The position numbers and the translations under genes were made by a program. The notes under the pieces were generated by a model, which saw only the letters and a list, made by a program, of their open reading frames with translations, searched no databases and was not told the origin of the DNA. 64,000 bases of DNA. It comes from Xylographa opegraphella (taxonomy: Eukaryota). The first letter of the stretch is position 1; each line of letters starts with the position of its first letter. Shown in pieces: positions 48,045-62,630 of the stretch. Where the stretch lies: positions 310,001 through 374,000 of the forward strand of contig JALDZX010000008.1 of NCBI GenBank assembly GCA_022813865.1. The letters run 5' to 3'.

Positions 48045-49138
48045 CTAGCTTCGTACTCCTTCAAGGTCTGATACTCTATCAGGCGTCGGTGTCTCACTTC
48101 TGTTTTCCTTCGAATAGATGCCAGGGACAGCACTATCGTCTATGTACAGCCCGTGCTGCTGTATGTATTTTATAACTGGTGCTGGGATCAGGTAACGAAC
48201 ACTCATTGCTTTCTTTAGAGACTGTCGAATCTTAGTGCTACTTACGTCATTCTGTATGAGTTGAGGAATGACATGAATATTTTCCTTCCATGGTTGTAGA
48301 TGGGACAGAGCTTCGTCGATATCGGTCCCGGTCCTTTCAACAATGAATGCGCCATATCGTCCGAGAATATGGTCCAGATCGCTTTCACTCCATACGCCAG
48401 GCGTTGACATAGTACCAATCAGGTCGGCACCCGCCAAAAGTGCTACATGCACTAGTTTGTGTTCTCCACTGGAAGTCTCGGCCCCTCCACGGACGACATT
48501 GACCTCATGATCAAAGTGGTCCAGCACCAAAGCTGTTCGGGTATACTCTTTCTGTATGGCCTCCCAAGGGTCTACCATCAGCCAATTCGAAGTTTGGTCT
48601 ACTGCAAGACAGCACATTGCAACACTATATTTATGGTCAGAACTCTAACAACGTACCAGAAACAAACGACATGTAAAACTGACCGGTGTTTTGCACTTGC
48701 TAGACCAGCTTTCTCATAAGCATCCGAGACCGGTGACAGATAGCCTCCAACTATTTCGTATTCGGTGTGAAATCTTACGTGGTCAGCGACCATTTCAAAC
48801 ATTCGCAAGTGTAGATTGGTAATTGGGGAAAAAGAGCCGCAGGCGACGAGTACTAGAGGAGTTTTGGAAGAATTTTCAAGCTTGCGTCGTAATCTGTGGT
48901 CGGGGAAAGCGTAGGAGCTTAGATCGCCGTCTGAATGGCCATTAAGTTGCGATGCTATCTGTCGACCACGGCCATTTGTTTCGTGAGACATTGCGGGTAC
49001 AGAGTCCTTACTTGATGCTGAATCAATGATCGCCGCTCGTGAGGTCGAAAGACCGTTGGTTTGTATTTCGGGCAAGAATGGCGCCTGGAGCTGCTCGTGT
49101 GTCGGTGCAGGTGACACCGTCACAGTCGCACAGCTCAT
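48045..49138 (-). CDS. NMA1: Nicotinamide/nicotinate mononucleotide adenylyltransferase, 2 exons
   Basis: ACGSFSPITNLHLRMFE, WLMVDPWEA, LLAGADL and NDVSSTKIR motifs. Confidence 0.93.
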
Positions 49139-50444
49139 GAAGGCTGTGTGTCACAGTCCCTGTGGTTGTGGAGGAGCTCTCAATTGATGGGCTAAAATCC
49201 TTTCCGCACTACGATATCTCTGTTGAAATATACAATAGATAATATGTGCGCCAGCCAAACGGACGTGTAACTGGTCGGAGTAAGGTAGATAGTGCGAAGC
49301 GATAGAACTGGCGCAAAGGCGAGTCACGAGCCGCTCAACTCTTGTGGTGAAATTGAAGACAAGAGCGAACTTGGACAATCCGGTGAGATGATCATGGAAA
49401 TCCTTTGTTCGTGTAAAGGTCATTGAGTCATGGTGGCTGCTGATTCTCAAAGATGCCTAATCAGTCTGCCGAGCTAGAGTGGAACATATAAAAACTGGTG
49501 GGGCTTTTCCCGGCAGGAATCGATAACTGGTGCAATAGAGTAAAACGTCTACCCCAAGCTAGTCTAGCTCGCTGGATCTTTGTACGGTATCCTAAGACGT
49601 ACCTTTCGTAGATAGTTTACGCCAGCGTTATCAGCGTCAATGCCACCGGGAGAGAGGCGGTCGTTTGGGTACCGGGGACCTTTAGAAATTATATACGGCA
49701 GAAGAGATTAGTGAACAACTATAAAGACATTACTTGCTCTTCAAAGACCGTGTCTATTGGAATCATGACAAACTCCGCCTGGTGATGCCGAATTCAACGG
49801 GAGCAGCCGGCTGCACATCATTGGGACGACTAGCTGGGGTTGCAGTCGATAGCGGCGTTACATCGTGATTGGATAAGGTAAGGTATCCTACCTTACGATA
49901 TACGCCGTATACTGGAAGCCGGAAGATAATTAATCCCATGTCTTTCCTTTGAGTCTAGCGCGTGATACAGCCAACCGAGCACCTCATACCTACACGGTGA
50001 ACACTTTAATGCTGCGAAGTCTCAAACCTCAGTTTGGTTCTGGACCCAAACCTGCTCACTGACTCCACAATCCAAGATCGAATCGACTGACGCCCATGCC
50101 TTCCTTCGGCTGATGTTAGAACGATATACTGACTGTGATCGAGAATTGCCGTGTGCTGTCGCCTCGCCTATGGCCTCTTGAACCCGCATGGCCAAGCGAA
50201 CAGCTTCTACCTCTTCTACCATTGTTCCTTCCGAAAGTTCACGCCTGACACCAACCACTTCAACTTCGCCAGTCTCAAGGTAGCTACTGCCCTCTTTACT
50301 TTCACTCATTATCTGTGCCTTTATCTGAGCATCCACGGGCAGCGACCTCACCAGACTCGCACCCGTCACCCACCTTAGCCATCCTTGTCCACCTTTGTCT
50401 ATGCAGATGGACATTGCCTGCCACCCAGTACAGAACTAGTTCTC

Positions 50445-53400
50445 ATGTCTTCCAGAGTTACTCGCTCCGCAGCGAGACTCGCAGCAGATACTTCGACAGC
50501 CGCTGCTGCTAGTGCAGCCGCCGCAACTGCCACCCCATCCTCGCACTCTAGTGCCATACAAGCACCCTCCAACTTCTTGAAGCGCAAGGCATCTGCTCGT
50601 GAACAGAGTCCAGACTTACCTCTCGAACCCGTACGAATTGTGCCGTCCAGACGTGCAAAGAAGCCAAAAGTCGAAGCACCCTCGTCTCCACCAACTCCTC
50701 TACTTCCTGCACCACGATCTCGCCGCAGAAAGGCCCAACCACCAACGACGATGTCGAACGGAGGGTCTGTTTATCCGGAATAGTGGTCCTATATTGCTGA
50801 CGGTTTTCCAGACCATCGAACGAGCAAGCGGGAGAAGCAATTACGTCGTCGATACCCCAGGCTAGCTCATCAAAACGAAAGTCGAATCGGATTAAGAAAG
50901 AGGCTCAAAGTCTGTTCAAACCTAAATTGTGTTGACTCATACACTAACATACAGCAGATCCGTCCCCTGCAGCTCCGCCAACATCCAGCCGCCGTGCTAA
51001 AAGAGCTGGAACCAAAAAGTCAGAAGAACTTACAATGCAAGACGCAGAGGATACCACCAAAGGGGCAGGTACGAAAGCCAGCAGCTCGGAGATAGATCAA
51101 AACATGAGTGATGATGATGGAGATGGACATCGAGGCTACGACGAGGAGGATGACAATGATGATGATCCGTTTAGGAGTGGTTTCCTTGGTGGCTCTGCTG
51201 AGAGATCCTTAGGAGCTGCATCTCATTTCCGTGCATTTGCTGGCGCAATGTCGGGATCTGCGACGGCTAATCGTCTCAGGGAGATACTAAGTAATCTCAA
51301 AATGAAGGACGACCCGTCAACGCAACTTATTGCACTTGCAGATCTCTCTCAACTGCTTCTCATATCGACTGAAGATAACCTATCAGGTCACTTTTCTCCC
51401 GATCAATTCGTCAAAGAGCTTGTCAGCTTGATGCAGCCAAGTGACTCTGGGGAGGAAAATTCGGAAATGATGCTCCTGGCTTGTCGTTGCATTGCGAACC
51501 TTATGGAGGCTCTGCCACCAGCAACAGCAAACGTTGTATACGGTGGTGCTGTCCCGATACTGTGCCAGAAACTGTTAGAGATCAATTATATTGAAGTTGC
51601 CGAACAGGCCTTGAGTGTATGTTTGTGTTATCCACCATTTGAAGTCCACTGCTAAGATAACTATGCAGACGTTAGAGAAGATATCGGTAGAGTTTCCTGC
51701 ATCTATTGTTCGAGAAGGTGGCCTCACGGCTTGCCTCACATATTTGGAATTTTTCCCTACTGCTACACAGAGGACTGCTGTCACAACCGCAGCCAATTGT
51801 TGTCGTAACATTCCTGAAGATTCATTTCCGGTCGTCCGCGATGTCATGCCGATCCTACTCAACGTGTTAGCAAGCAGCGATCAACGGGTCGTAGAGCAGG
51901 GTTCGCTCTGCACATCTCGAGTCGTCGAGAGCTTCAAATATGAACCAAACAAACTCGAAGAGCTCATCAGCCCGGCTCTGCTCAAGGCTATTCTTCGTCT
52001 ACTTCTTCCAGGGACCACTAATCTTATCGGACCCAACATACATACGCAATTTCTCAAGCTTCTGGCCACGGCGGCTCGCGCAAGCCCGTCTCTTTCAGCA
52101 GAGTTGTTCAAAATGAATGTAGTAGACACACTATATCAAATACTCACCGGTGTTTCTCCACCATCAGGAACAGAAGATGTCGCTGCGGAGATTGATGGAG
52201 TTGTGATTATGCAGGCTCTCATTCACAGGCCTCGCGAGCAGATCTACGAGACGCTAAATGTGATCTGTGAATTGCTTCCAGGGGTTTCTACGGATGGTTT
52301 ATCGATGCAGGACGAACTATTAGACTCAGGATACGTTGGGGATCAGTTGGTTACTATCGCGCATGAAAAGGCAAGGAAGTCACCAAATTCGAAGAGACTT
52401 GAATTGCTCCAAGGTTGCAAAGAGGAACTCAAGCGGTTTGCCATTATTCTTCTGCCCACACTGACACACGCGTACTCAAGCACAGTCAATCTGTCTGTTC
52501 GACAAAAGGTTCTAACGGCTCAACTCAAGATGATTTCGAACCTCGATACTTCAATATTAGAGAACGCATTGCGAACTGTCCCATATGCTTCTTACTTAGC
52601 CTCTATATTGTCTCAGCAGGATCATCCTGCCCTCGTTATATTTGCTCTGCAGGCTGCCGAACTCCTCATGCTTCGACTTGAAAATATCTACAGGTATCAA
52701 TTTTATCGAGAGGGAGTCATTGCCGAAATCTCGCGATTAGCAAATCAACCTCGAGCCGTCCCAGAGGAAAAGTCAAAGACCATCAAGATCGAGCCTGACG
52801 TCGACGCCACTCCAAATATCGAAGAGACCTCGGTGAGGACCCAAGATGGGCACTCAACAGACGCGAAAGCCGTCTCAGCAGCTAAAGCGGACGAAGATGA
52901 GGATGTTGAAGACGATGACGAAGATGACGATGACGATGAAGGCGAGGACGGTGAAGATGATGACCGCCACGACATTCACGAGGATATTTCACCATCTCCA
53001 AGTACATCGTCGTCGTCTGATCGAAATTACCCTCCACCGCCCCAAGCAAACAGTCTTCGAGATTATGTCACACTGCGTGCAAAAAAGTTCTTAGAGGTCC
53101 ATGAAGAGACGAAGGGTATCGAAACTCGCGAAAAAGCTACTGCTATCCTACACAATGTAGAATCGCTGGCTCATGACTTACGGAGCTGTTACTTTGATGA
53201 TAGGTCTAGTGATGGCTATGATCTCTTCACGCAGCTTTCAAAGTACTTTGGAACTGAAGCCCTCGAAAGTATTACCAGTGCTGAGCTACTCGGTTCGGAC
53301 ATCGTCAACGTCTTGCTTGATGTGTTTGGGAGCACCAATGGTATGTGAATAATTCCAGCCGTCTAAGATCAAATACTGATTTTCTGATCAGACACTGTGA

Positions 53401-56344
53401 ACTCTCAAGCCAGATCCACTTTCGTCGAAGTGTTCATGGGCACACCGCTAGCCAGTCACACGAAGTCCTTATCTACTGGTTTAACAACTCCTTTCAGTGT
53501 CCTTGTTCACAAGCTACAGGATCTCCTGAGTCGCTCGGAACACTTTGAGGTGGTCACTGTGCACAATAACTCGTTCGATAGTAATCGCAGCAGCGCCGCT
53601 TCTATGTTGGCAAAACAGCTGCGTTTAAAACTTGTGGCAGACGACGACTCACAGATTCCAAGACCCTATCGTAATATTATGGTATCCATACATGCCATCG
53701 CGACTTTCAAAGCCTTGGATGATTACCTACGTCCTCGTATCAGTCTGTCCGAGCGACCTCGAGGTGGTCGAGGCCACGAAGGTGTTGCAAATGCTCTGGC
53801 CGCATTTGCTGCTGTACAGGGTATTGGAAATCCCTACCAACGCCTCTTAGATCGTGGTCTTTCCAATATTGCGGATGCGCCTTCGATACCCACTCCAGCT
53901 ACCACGACACGTCCTAACAAGACAACCAGGAAGCCATCAAAGGGAAAGCCTGCAACAACATTGGCAGGAGAAACGCCCACGTCGAACGAGAAGCCTGCAG
54001 CGACGCGACGATCGAGTCGCAGGCATCAATCTAGCAATCAAACTCCTGTAGCTACTCCATTGCAAAGCACTCCTGCACAAGCTCAGGAACAGCTGGAATG
54101 CGCCGACGAAAGACAGATCTCAGATGAAGAGCTACTTGATGACCCAAGTGCTCTGGACGCATTTGTCAATGATCTAGAGGATGAGATGGAGGGCACGCAA
54201 ATAACCGACCCCACCGCGGTTAACCTAGAAGTTGCATCGACAGGCAAAGTCACAGCTCGAGAAGAAGATGGTACAAGAGTGCCCACCCCGTCACAAGGCT
54301 CTACATCATCTATAGCACAAACGCTACCTTCTACCCGCGCCAAAGTCTCTCTGCAGACACCAACTACAGGCCGCACGATGTCATACGCTGCAGCTATACA
54401 AGCTGTCCCGCAAGATTGGCATATCGAGTTCAGCATTGATGATCAGCCAATCGCAAACGAGACAACAATATATCGCGCTGTTCATTACAACAAAAACACA
54501 TCAGATGACTTGTCTCATCGCAACCTATGGTCGGCTGTTCATTCGATCAAGTTCAAGAGGGTGCCCGGCCCGCCGCCTGCAGAGCCTTCGAGTCTTACTC
54601 CGCCTCCCGAGAATACATCAGAAGAGAAAAGTTCAACATTACCCCTCTCTCTACATAAGCATACGGCTACCTCTTCTATTCTCCGTCTACTAGCAATCTT
54701 ACATGAACTCAATGCCAACCTAGATGACGTCCTTGACGAAGAGCGCGAGAACATCAAGCTCGACCCTGAACCGGTAGCGCAATTTGTGAACACCAAATTG
54801 ACGGCAAAACTCAATAGACAGCTGGAAGAGCCTTTGATTGTTGCAAGCAATTGCCTCCCAAGCTGGAGTGAAGACCTTGCCCGACTCTATCCTTTCTTGT
54901 TTCCTTTCGAAACCAGGCATTTGTTTCTCCAATCCACATCTTTTGGCTATTCACGCTCTATGACCAGGTGGCAGAATTCCCAGTCGACGGACGACTCAAG
55001 GCGGGATCGCCATAGAGACGAGCGACCATTCTTAGGGAGATTACAACGACAAAAGGTCCGAATTTCGAGGACTCGAATTCTGGAGTCGGCTGTGAAGGTA
55101 ATGGAGCTATATGGGGCGTCTCCAAGTGTTCTAGAAGTAGAGTATTTCGAGGAGGTCGGAACCGGTCTCGGTCCAACTTTGGAATTCTACTCTACCGTCT
55201 CAAAGGAATTCTCGAAAAAGAAAATCAAGCTCTGGAGGGAGAACGAGACCGTTGGTAAAGATGAATTCGCTTTTGGTAAACTAGGACTGTTTCCTGCCCC
55301 CATGAGTGCTGAGCAAGTTGAGACTGAAAATGGTAAAAAGGTTCTTCATCTGTTCAAGATGCTGGGTAAATTTGTGGCGAGATCCATGCTGGACTCAAGG
55401 ATCATCGACATCTCGCTCAACCCAACCTTTTTCAGGGTTGGAGATGGTCCAAACACGGTTGCGCTCTCTCTTGGAGCGGTGAAAGCAGTCGACATTGATT
55501 TGGCAAGTTCTCTGAAACTACTGAAACAGTTTGCGAATTTAAAGAAGAAATTGGATGAGAGTACACAGCTCAATCCAGCGCAAAAGGTACATGCTGCTAA
55601 TCAAATCGAGATTCGTGGAACTCGTGTGGATGATCTTGGACTCGATTTCACTCTTCCCGGGTATCCTTCCATTGAGCTCATCAATAACGGTGCCAATATT
55701 CCAGTCTCAATAGATAATATTGGCATATATATCGATAAGGTCATTGACTACACCCTTGGCAGCGGTGTGCAGCGTCAAATCGATGCTTTTAGGGCTGGTT
55801 TCTCTCAAGTATTTCCGTACTCTGCGCTCCGAGCCTTCACACCTGCGGAACTAGTCATGCTGTTTGGTAGGGTCGAGGAGGATTGGACGATCGAGAGTAA
55901 GCGCAACTTGCGGTTCAACGATGCACATGCTGACGTAGTTTCGTCAGCCCTTATGGACTCCATCAAGGCCGATCATGGCTTCAATATGGACAGCAAGAGC
56001 GTGCGAAACCTACTGCAAACGATGAGCGAGCTGTCCCCAGCCCAGCGACGCGACTTTCTACAGTTTGTGACCGGTAGTCCAAAGCTACCCATTGGCGGCA
56101 AGTGAATGGTCGTGAACTGTTTGGAACGCTACTAATCGTTGGTATAGGCTTCAAGAGTCTGACGCCGATGTTCACTGTGGTTTGCAAACCAAGTGAACCC
56201 CCATACACGTCCGATGACTACCTCCCAAGTGTCATGACCTGTGTCAACTACCTCAAACTTCCAGACTACACCGACCTCAATGTCATGCGCACCAGGTTGT
56301 ACATGGCCATCCGTGAAGGTCAAGGCGCATTTCATTTGTCATAG
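50445..56344 (+). CDS. UFD4: HECT E3 ubiquitin ligase Ufd4/TRIP12, multi-exon
   Basis: ARM region ([13 protein letters not shown]), [39 protein letters not shown] and [16 protein letters not shown]. Confidence 0.96.
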
Positions 56345-57216
56345 ATTCCCCGGAGTTCGAAGATCGATTTGCATCACATCCGGGCGTCTCGTGGTTCCTG
56401 CTGCTTGCGGACGCATCCTGCCAGGAACACAATATCGTTTCACTTTTGCTGGCTTTCTTGTCTCATACCTACCACACCTCAGATATGCAAAGGATGTAGT
56501 ATGACCAGGGGTGCTCGGTCATGTTTTTCATGCCTGTAATGTTGACGATGCGCATTTAGACTGGCTGTGCATGACGGATCACGGGGGTGCCTTGTAGGCG
56601 AACGGGCTTAGATAGATTGTGTCGGCTGGCTGTGGCTTGGGCTGGTGTTTTTAGGTACCTTAGGTAGGTAGGCAAGGCAGGTCGCTGGCAATAGAGACTA
56701 CATGTAATTACTTGAACCTAAGAATGTGTGACGTGAGGATCGTCAAGTCCAGCACCCTCCCTGTCGGTCAGCTTCGCCTGCTGCGATCCCTTCTTCGGCA
56801 GTGGTGGTCCTCGACCACATTGTCACGTTGCTTGTGTATAACATGCGTCGCACCGTGCGGCGAAATTTGGACAAACAGTCGCTCTACGATTTCGATCAGG
56901 TAAAAAACTTCTTGCCCGGTCGCCCGGAGGTCCTAGCCCTTGGAGTTCCTTGGAGTTACTGTAAGGGAAACGAAGAGCACGATTAAGGGCCTGTCTAGTG
57001 GGCGAGCGGCTGACAGGCACTACCTTGATATAGCTAGCTCGAGTAGGTGATAACTTACACAGTACCTAGGTATACTTACCTCAAGGTATCCAACTGGTAT
57101 GCTGGATTGTATTGATAGTTACGAAAGTGAAGATGTGCTGTACAGGTTTCGCTTCTGCTTATATGTAAGGGACGCGCGCTCTGAACTGGGAGTGGTGAAA
57201 TTGCCGTCCCGACATA

Positions 57217-60119
57217 ATGGAGCTGTACATCTTCTTGGCGCTTTCAGCCAATCCACACTCAGCTGTTGGCACCCCGTTTTCTGACCAGAGCAATGCTTCT
57301 TTCTTGATCAAAGTTGAGAATGGCAGTCGGAACGCCGCAGATGGGTTGAAACAGCTGGCAACATCTGGTGTACACACGCATACACTGAGTTGTATGCTCA
57401 TGATTTCTGAGCTGACTCCAGACTCAAAAGAGTTCCGCAGAATAATCAGCCGGGAACGCCAGCAGCAGAGAAATGAGCGTCGCTGGTATTTCACGAGAGT
57501 GGAGGTTGGCGGCGCGACTGATTTTCTGGCCGATCAACTACTAAAGACCCGAGCCGGTGAGAATGTGGTGGCCCTCTTGGCCGCCATAGCCTCAACCCTG
57601 GACGTAACATCCTGCACTGAGATCCTTTCATCGTTATTCGATGTTGCTGGTGTATCGCTCGATAACACTCCCGATCTTGCGGAATTTGATAAAATGCGGG
57701 AGGCGCTACTGCCATTAATTCGCAGAACCGAATTCAAGGAGAAGGTTGGTCATTATCATTATAGATTCCACAGTCTACTGGATACCAAAAGATCGATGAA
57801 GATTAATCCATACGAAGCGATGCCGCACGCGAAGGACATATCCACTATCGTCTGTATGCTATCAAATCTTACCCGCAACCCAGACCAAATCCTCAATTAC
57901 AGCGGCTTTACCGGAGCAGGATGGGTAGCAGCGTATGCATCATATATCCTTGGTATCAAAACCTGTGTGATCGACAGCCTTGGCCAAACTCTACCAATAA
58001 ACAGTGCTCTAGAGGACGCCAAAGTTGTGATATGGATATCCTTCTTAAACCAGGATGCACATTACGAACTCTCGATTGCCGGCAAGATTGAATAGTTAAT
58101 TGTGCTAGAGCCGGTATCCAAGCTAGAACGGAAAGGATGGAGTATCGTTTGTACAAAGCTCTGTTACTTAGACGAAAACCTTCCAGGACTGAGAGACCTG
58201 CCCGAGTTCCTCTACATGTCGGAGTTCATTCAAGTGGAAGCGATGAACGTGCTCTTTGGCCTCATTAACGAGACTCAAGATGAAGATCTCAGGACTTATC
58301 TTGAGCTCGGACAGTGTCCTTATCCTTATTACATGGTGGCATTCAAAGTTTTGTATATACGGGTTCTTGATATCCTCAGAATCATCGGGTTTTCGTGTCC
58401 GCCCATTACAAGCTTCTTTACTAAAAGATTGAATACCCGAAATACCCACATTAGTAAACGAAGCAGAACGAAGGGTTTTCTCTTTGGATTATCTGTTAAA
58501 GGAAGCCGATTTTGGTGGAACGCCGAGGCTGGAAAACCTTTTAAGATATATAGATATAAAGTGTGGTGGGATTGGGGGACAAAAGAAACCGAGTCGCTGG
58601 GGTTTGTCGAATGAGGCCCAAAAAAACGTTTCTGAGACATTAGGATATGTAGCCCGGCTTGCTGCGCACTTATCCTTCACGGACTGGCCTACTTCCCTCA
58701 AGCTTTTGAGCGTTGAACACTTTTAACAAAAGAAAAGCCTGCCGCCCAACCCGTTAACCGAGAAAGTCTATCCAGCAAAATACAGCATTTTTAATGGTCT
58801 TCTCTATCACCTTCTCCCAATATGTACAGATAGCTTCAGCGTTTAGCACTTCAAGGAAACCTATGGAAGCGTGGAGTGGGCAGGATTCGATATTGACGGC
58901 ATCATTGTTCTTAGAACCGCCGTCTTACACGACTCTGTAATCGACGTTAAGGGACAGCCACTTACTTTTTACAGCGGGCGAATGGTGCACGAAGGTACAC
59001 GAATTAGCATATTCAAGATCAGCCTTGAGGGCGTTGGTAAGCCCTATCTTGATTCTGCCCCTGATTGGCCGAGAGATATGAAGATGGAACCTATAATGGA
59101 AGGTCCAATTTGGGAGCCTTTCAATCAATTTCCTCTTCAAACAATGGCGTCGCTTGAGCTCCATCAAAACCATCACTCGACGAATGGATGTGCTCATGAT
59201 CCAGCATGGATACATCTACCCTGGAGCGATACGTGTACCTACCTATCCTGGCGGTTTAACACTGTTGCTCCCCAGAGTGTATGTGGCACGACCTTGCAAT
59301 CATAGCACAGAGACACCACTCTGGCTTCACATAAATGACCCCAGTTTGGATCATAAAGACCTATTTCCGGACGAAAAACGTGATTGAGAGGCGGCTATGA
59401 AATATATCCATTGCGTAAGGTTACAAAAAAAGCGAGAGCTGTATGGGTTCCAGCTTTTCTCTTAAACGATGTTGATTTTAATCACAGTCCTGGGAACATT
59501 ATCGTTTTTCAATTGCAGACCTGTCTCTACTGTGTTGTACATCAGATCACCATGCTTGCGAAAACAAGCAGGCACAATTATCATGACCTTAGTTTTCGCA
59601 TCGTTCGTATACTGCAGAATGCCTCCATGCAGCAGTCTGTTCCAGCTCCATCATCCCCAGTGGATTTCCACGTTTGCCGAGACTTCAATGCGATCAGATA
59701 CAAGAACCATGTTTCTGAAACGTACCGAGACCTTGCTTGTCCAGGCTCTGTCCACACTCCCATGCTGTGCTCATGGACTCATAACGCCCAAAGGACTTAG
59801 AAGTCATGAATATACTCGCGACGAGCCTCAGCCATGTATCGCTTGCGTTCCGCGAATCTGTCTTCAAAGCCAAAGTCCGTGTCAAGGTTGTCAGAAGCTA
59901 TACGAGAGCGTCCCGGAAGGCCGGAGCTTCACCGACGACGAAGTAGGAGATGGTCTGGGCTCGCGGGAGGACGCCGACACAAGAATTAACCCGAGCATGG
60001 ATGGTGGTGGGGAAGTGGAGGATGTATCAAGCATCCCAAACACATCAGCTTTGAGGGAGGATAGCGGAGCAGAGGACGTGGCCGGAGTGCAGCAGCGAAA
60101 CGCAAGCAGATCACAGTAG
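57217..60119 (+). pseudogene. Disrupted lineage-specific hypothetical gene
   Basis: A 292-aa ORF continues in frame past a TAG at 58093-58095. Protein-like sequence then shifts frame at about 58.47 kb, 58.72 kb, 59.15 kb and 59.39 kb, with no obvious introns. The 3' limit is uncertain. Confidence 0.55.
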
Positions 60120-60808
60120 CCAGCGACTCTAGCGGCCCATCTCGGAGACCGTGAGATGAGCTCCATGTAGGTGTTTCCCTCTCACAGCTTCCGCACTGAT
60201 GCTATGTATTGCATCTCCCGGTTACATTACGATGGGCCGGCCATTCTTTCGAAGACAATCATGTTCTATGTTATTTTTATTCATCTTTGATTGCTACGCG
60301 GTTCTGACACCTTATACGAGCGGTGGCGCTGGCATTACTTTTGGTCAGATTATGGACCCGGTCTGAAGGGACTGCTGTTTTAATCTTATGCGAAACGAGT
60401 TTCTACAGTATGCTACCTATCCTCATACTGCCACTGCTCTACTTTCCAGTCCCTGTGCTCTGTACCCTAAATCAAAGCATCGACGCTCCGCGAGATGAGG
60501 TAGGAAGGGCAGAATCCGTCAGCCTACCTATCTAGGAGACACTATCGATGCCCAATCGTGCCAGAGGACTCCGTCACGCAACTATTATCCGCACTTGGCA
60601 TGTATACTGTCAATGCCCCACTTCCATATATGCGGTCTACAGACCAAACATTGCACGATTCTTATTACAACGGGAACGTAGCCCGTTCTTCTCCGTCTCG
60701 CGTGGAGGGCCGCTGTATGATGCACACCGTAGGTAGCCAACCTGCCCGGTTACGATAGTACCTGGTATCTCGACAGTCCACGGACCGAGCATTTGATCCT
60801 TGCGAGTC

Positions 60809-60832
60809 AAGATCGAGATCGAGATCGAGATC
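60809..60832. repeat. (GAGATC)n hexamer microsatellite, about 4 units
   Basis: aagatcgagatcgagatcgagatc. Confidence 0.8.
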
Positions 60833-61288
60833 AGTCATAGAAAGAGGTTACAACCGGTCGAGCTCACTCATCCTATAGCACGACCACTCCATCTGTAACA
60901 TGATAAAGATGCCGCGCAGGTTGAGATCGGTAGGACTTTTGTTATCCCGAGGACTTCGACAACCCAAGGCCTCCACTTAGCACATTTCTTCTCTTCGCCA
61001 GGACAGTACACTTGCACGTTCAATTCGAATCATCGATTCCAGAAAAGGGTAGTATTACTCTATTTGATCCAACACTCCCGAAGAGAGTCCCGTACGCTCC
61101 ACGAGGCTCACCATACCCAACACATGTCGTAGCAGAAGAACAACCGCCTTTCATATCCCAGAAGAGGCCCCTGTGGCTCAAGAAGTTCGGCACGCTCAAT
61201 TACAAAACCAATCATATTTCCAACATATCTCTCCGAATGCCGAATTTCGCCCCAACACCTCGACATCGCAGCACCTGTCCACCGCACC

Positions 61289-62262
61289 TCAGACCACGCC
61301 CCCACTCGCGTATCCCGGTCCCTGCATCAGTCCCAAATCCCCCATATCGGAGGCACCTGCATAGCTGGTCTGCTCCGTCGGCGCTGCGTAGCCGAACTGT
61401 CCGGCCTCGATCGGTTTCTGCACGCGATACGGCTGCTTCGTCTCGTGGGAGAACTCGGGAAACTCGAGGTCGGGCTGGCGGTATGAGGGGATGTTGGGGT
61501 TATCGCTGAACTCAGAGGCGGGGTGTAGGAGGTTCTTGGAGTCGTGGGGGGGATCACGCATGGAGCCGTAGGCGCCGAGGTGGGAGGTGGCGCGGTGGGT
61601 GTGGATGTCGAGGATGAGGGCACAGAGGGTGGCGAGCCTTGAAAGGGTGTTAGCATATTATATTGAGCGCCTGTTGGGGGTACGCGTTGACATTGTGAGG
61701 GAGAGGGTGTGGGGTGGAGGGCTTACATTCCGATCACGGTGAACGACATTAGAGCCTTGTAGATTCGGCAGATCATCACGCCCAGCTCACTCGACCAGTT
61801 TTCGATTGTGCACCTGTGACTCAGCAGGCCGGAGAGATTCCATGCTAGCAGAGCGAAACCAAGCATCCACAGCACGCTCAGGGACCCGTTGACATAGGCA
61901 TTGGTTCTCGGCTTCAACGTACGCTGGTGGTAGAAGATGGAAGTTACGATGAAGGACGCAAGCGTGAGGACGGAGACTGTAAGTAACTAAACATCGCCCG
62001 GAGTTAGCTACCCGTAAGATAATCACCATATAGAAAGAGCATTCAACGCATAAATGCTTTCCACGTCGGGAAGACCGTCAGGCAAAGGAACGCGTACCAG
62101 TATGAACGTCCACGGCACGTAGTACAACTCGATACTCAAATGATGGATGAAGAACCCCAAGATGCTGGTCACGATAATCGAGCTCAGTACCTGCCCGACC
62201 CGCACTCCGTGGAAGACGGTTGACGGGTACGGCGACGGCTGCTTCGAAAACATCCTTGCCAT
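61289..62262 (-). CDS. MARVEL-like 4-TM membrane protein, 3 exons
   Basis: R..Q....IIV..ILGFF, WTFIL|LLTVS, N..LSVLW..GF, C.....GVMIC..YKAL..F and ALILD, followed by a polar tail. Confidence 0.75.
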
Positions 62263-62630
62263 GAGGCCTGCTTTATCTTGGAATCACCGGGCGGGACGTA
62301 TTCACAGTCCCTGGTATCGTGGAGTATGCACTTGATCAGTCAACGAGCGACGACGGCGAGAGAACGACTGAACGATTGATGGACTGTGGTTCAGAAATAC
62401 GGACGAAGTAGTGTGGAGTACTTGTGCGGCGCAGCAGCCAGGGGAAGCCCGCTGCTGAAACCGGGCTTGATTAGGTGACAGTAGCTGCCTCCGGCCGGGA
62501 CGTGCAGAATGGAGATTGGCTGACGGAATCGCTTAAATGGGGCTCGCTGATCAGTTGGGGGCAGGCGTGGCTGACAAACAGGTGGAGAAGGTCCCCGGGG
62601 CTTTAGGGGCTTCGGTTGAGAGGTGCGGTT

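Noticed and set aside
57071..57082. U1 snRNA 5' end (ATACTTACCT)
   Set aside because: No downstream U1 stem-loops or Sm site. Similar TACCT/AGGTA motifs are common in intergenic DNA here.
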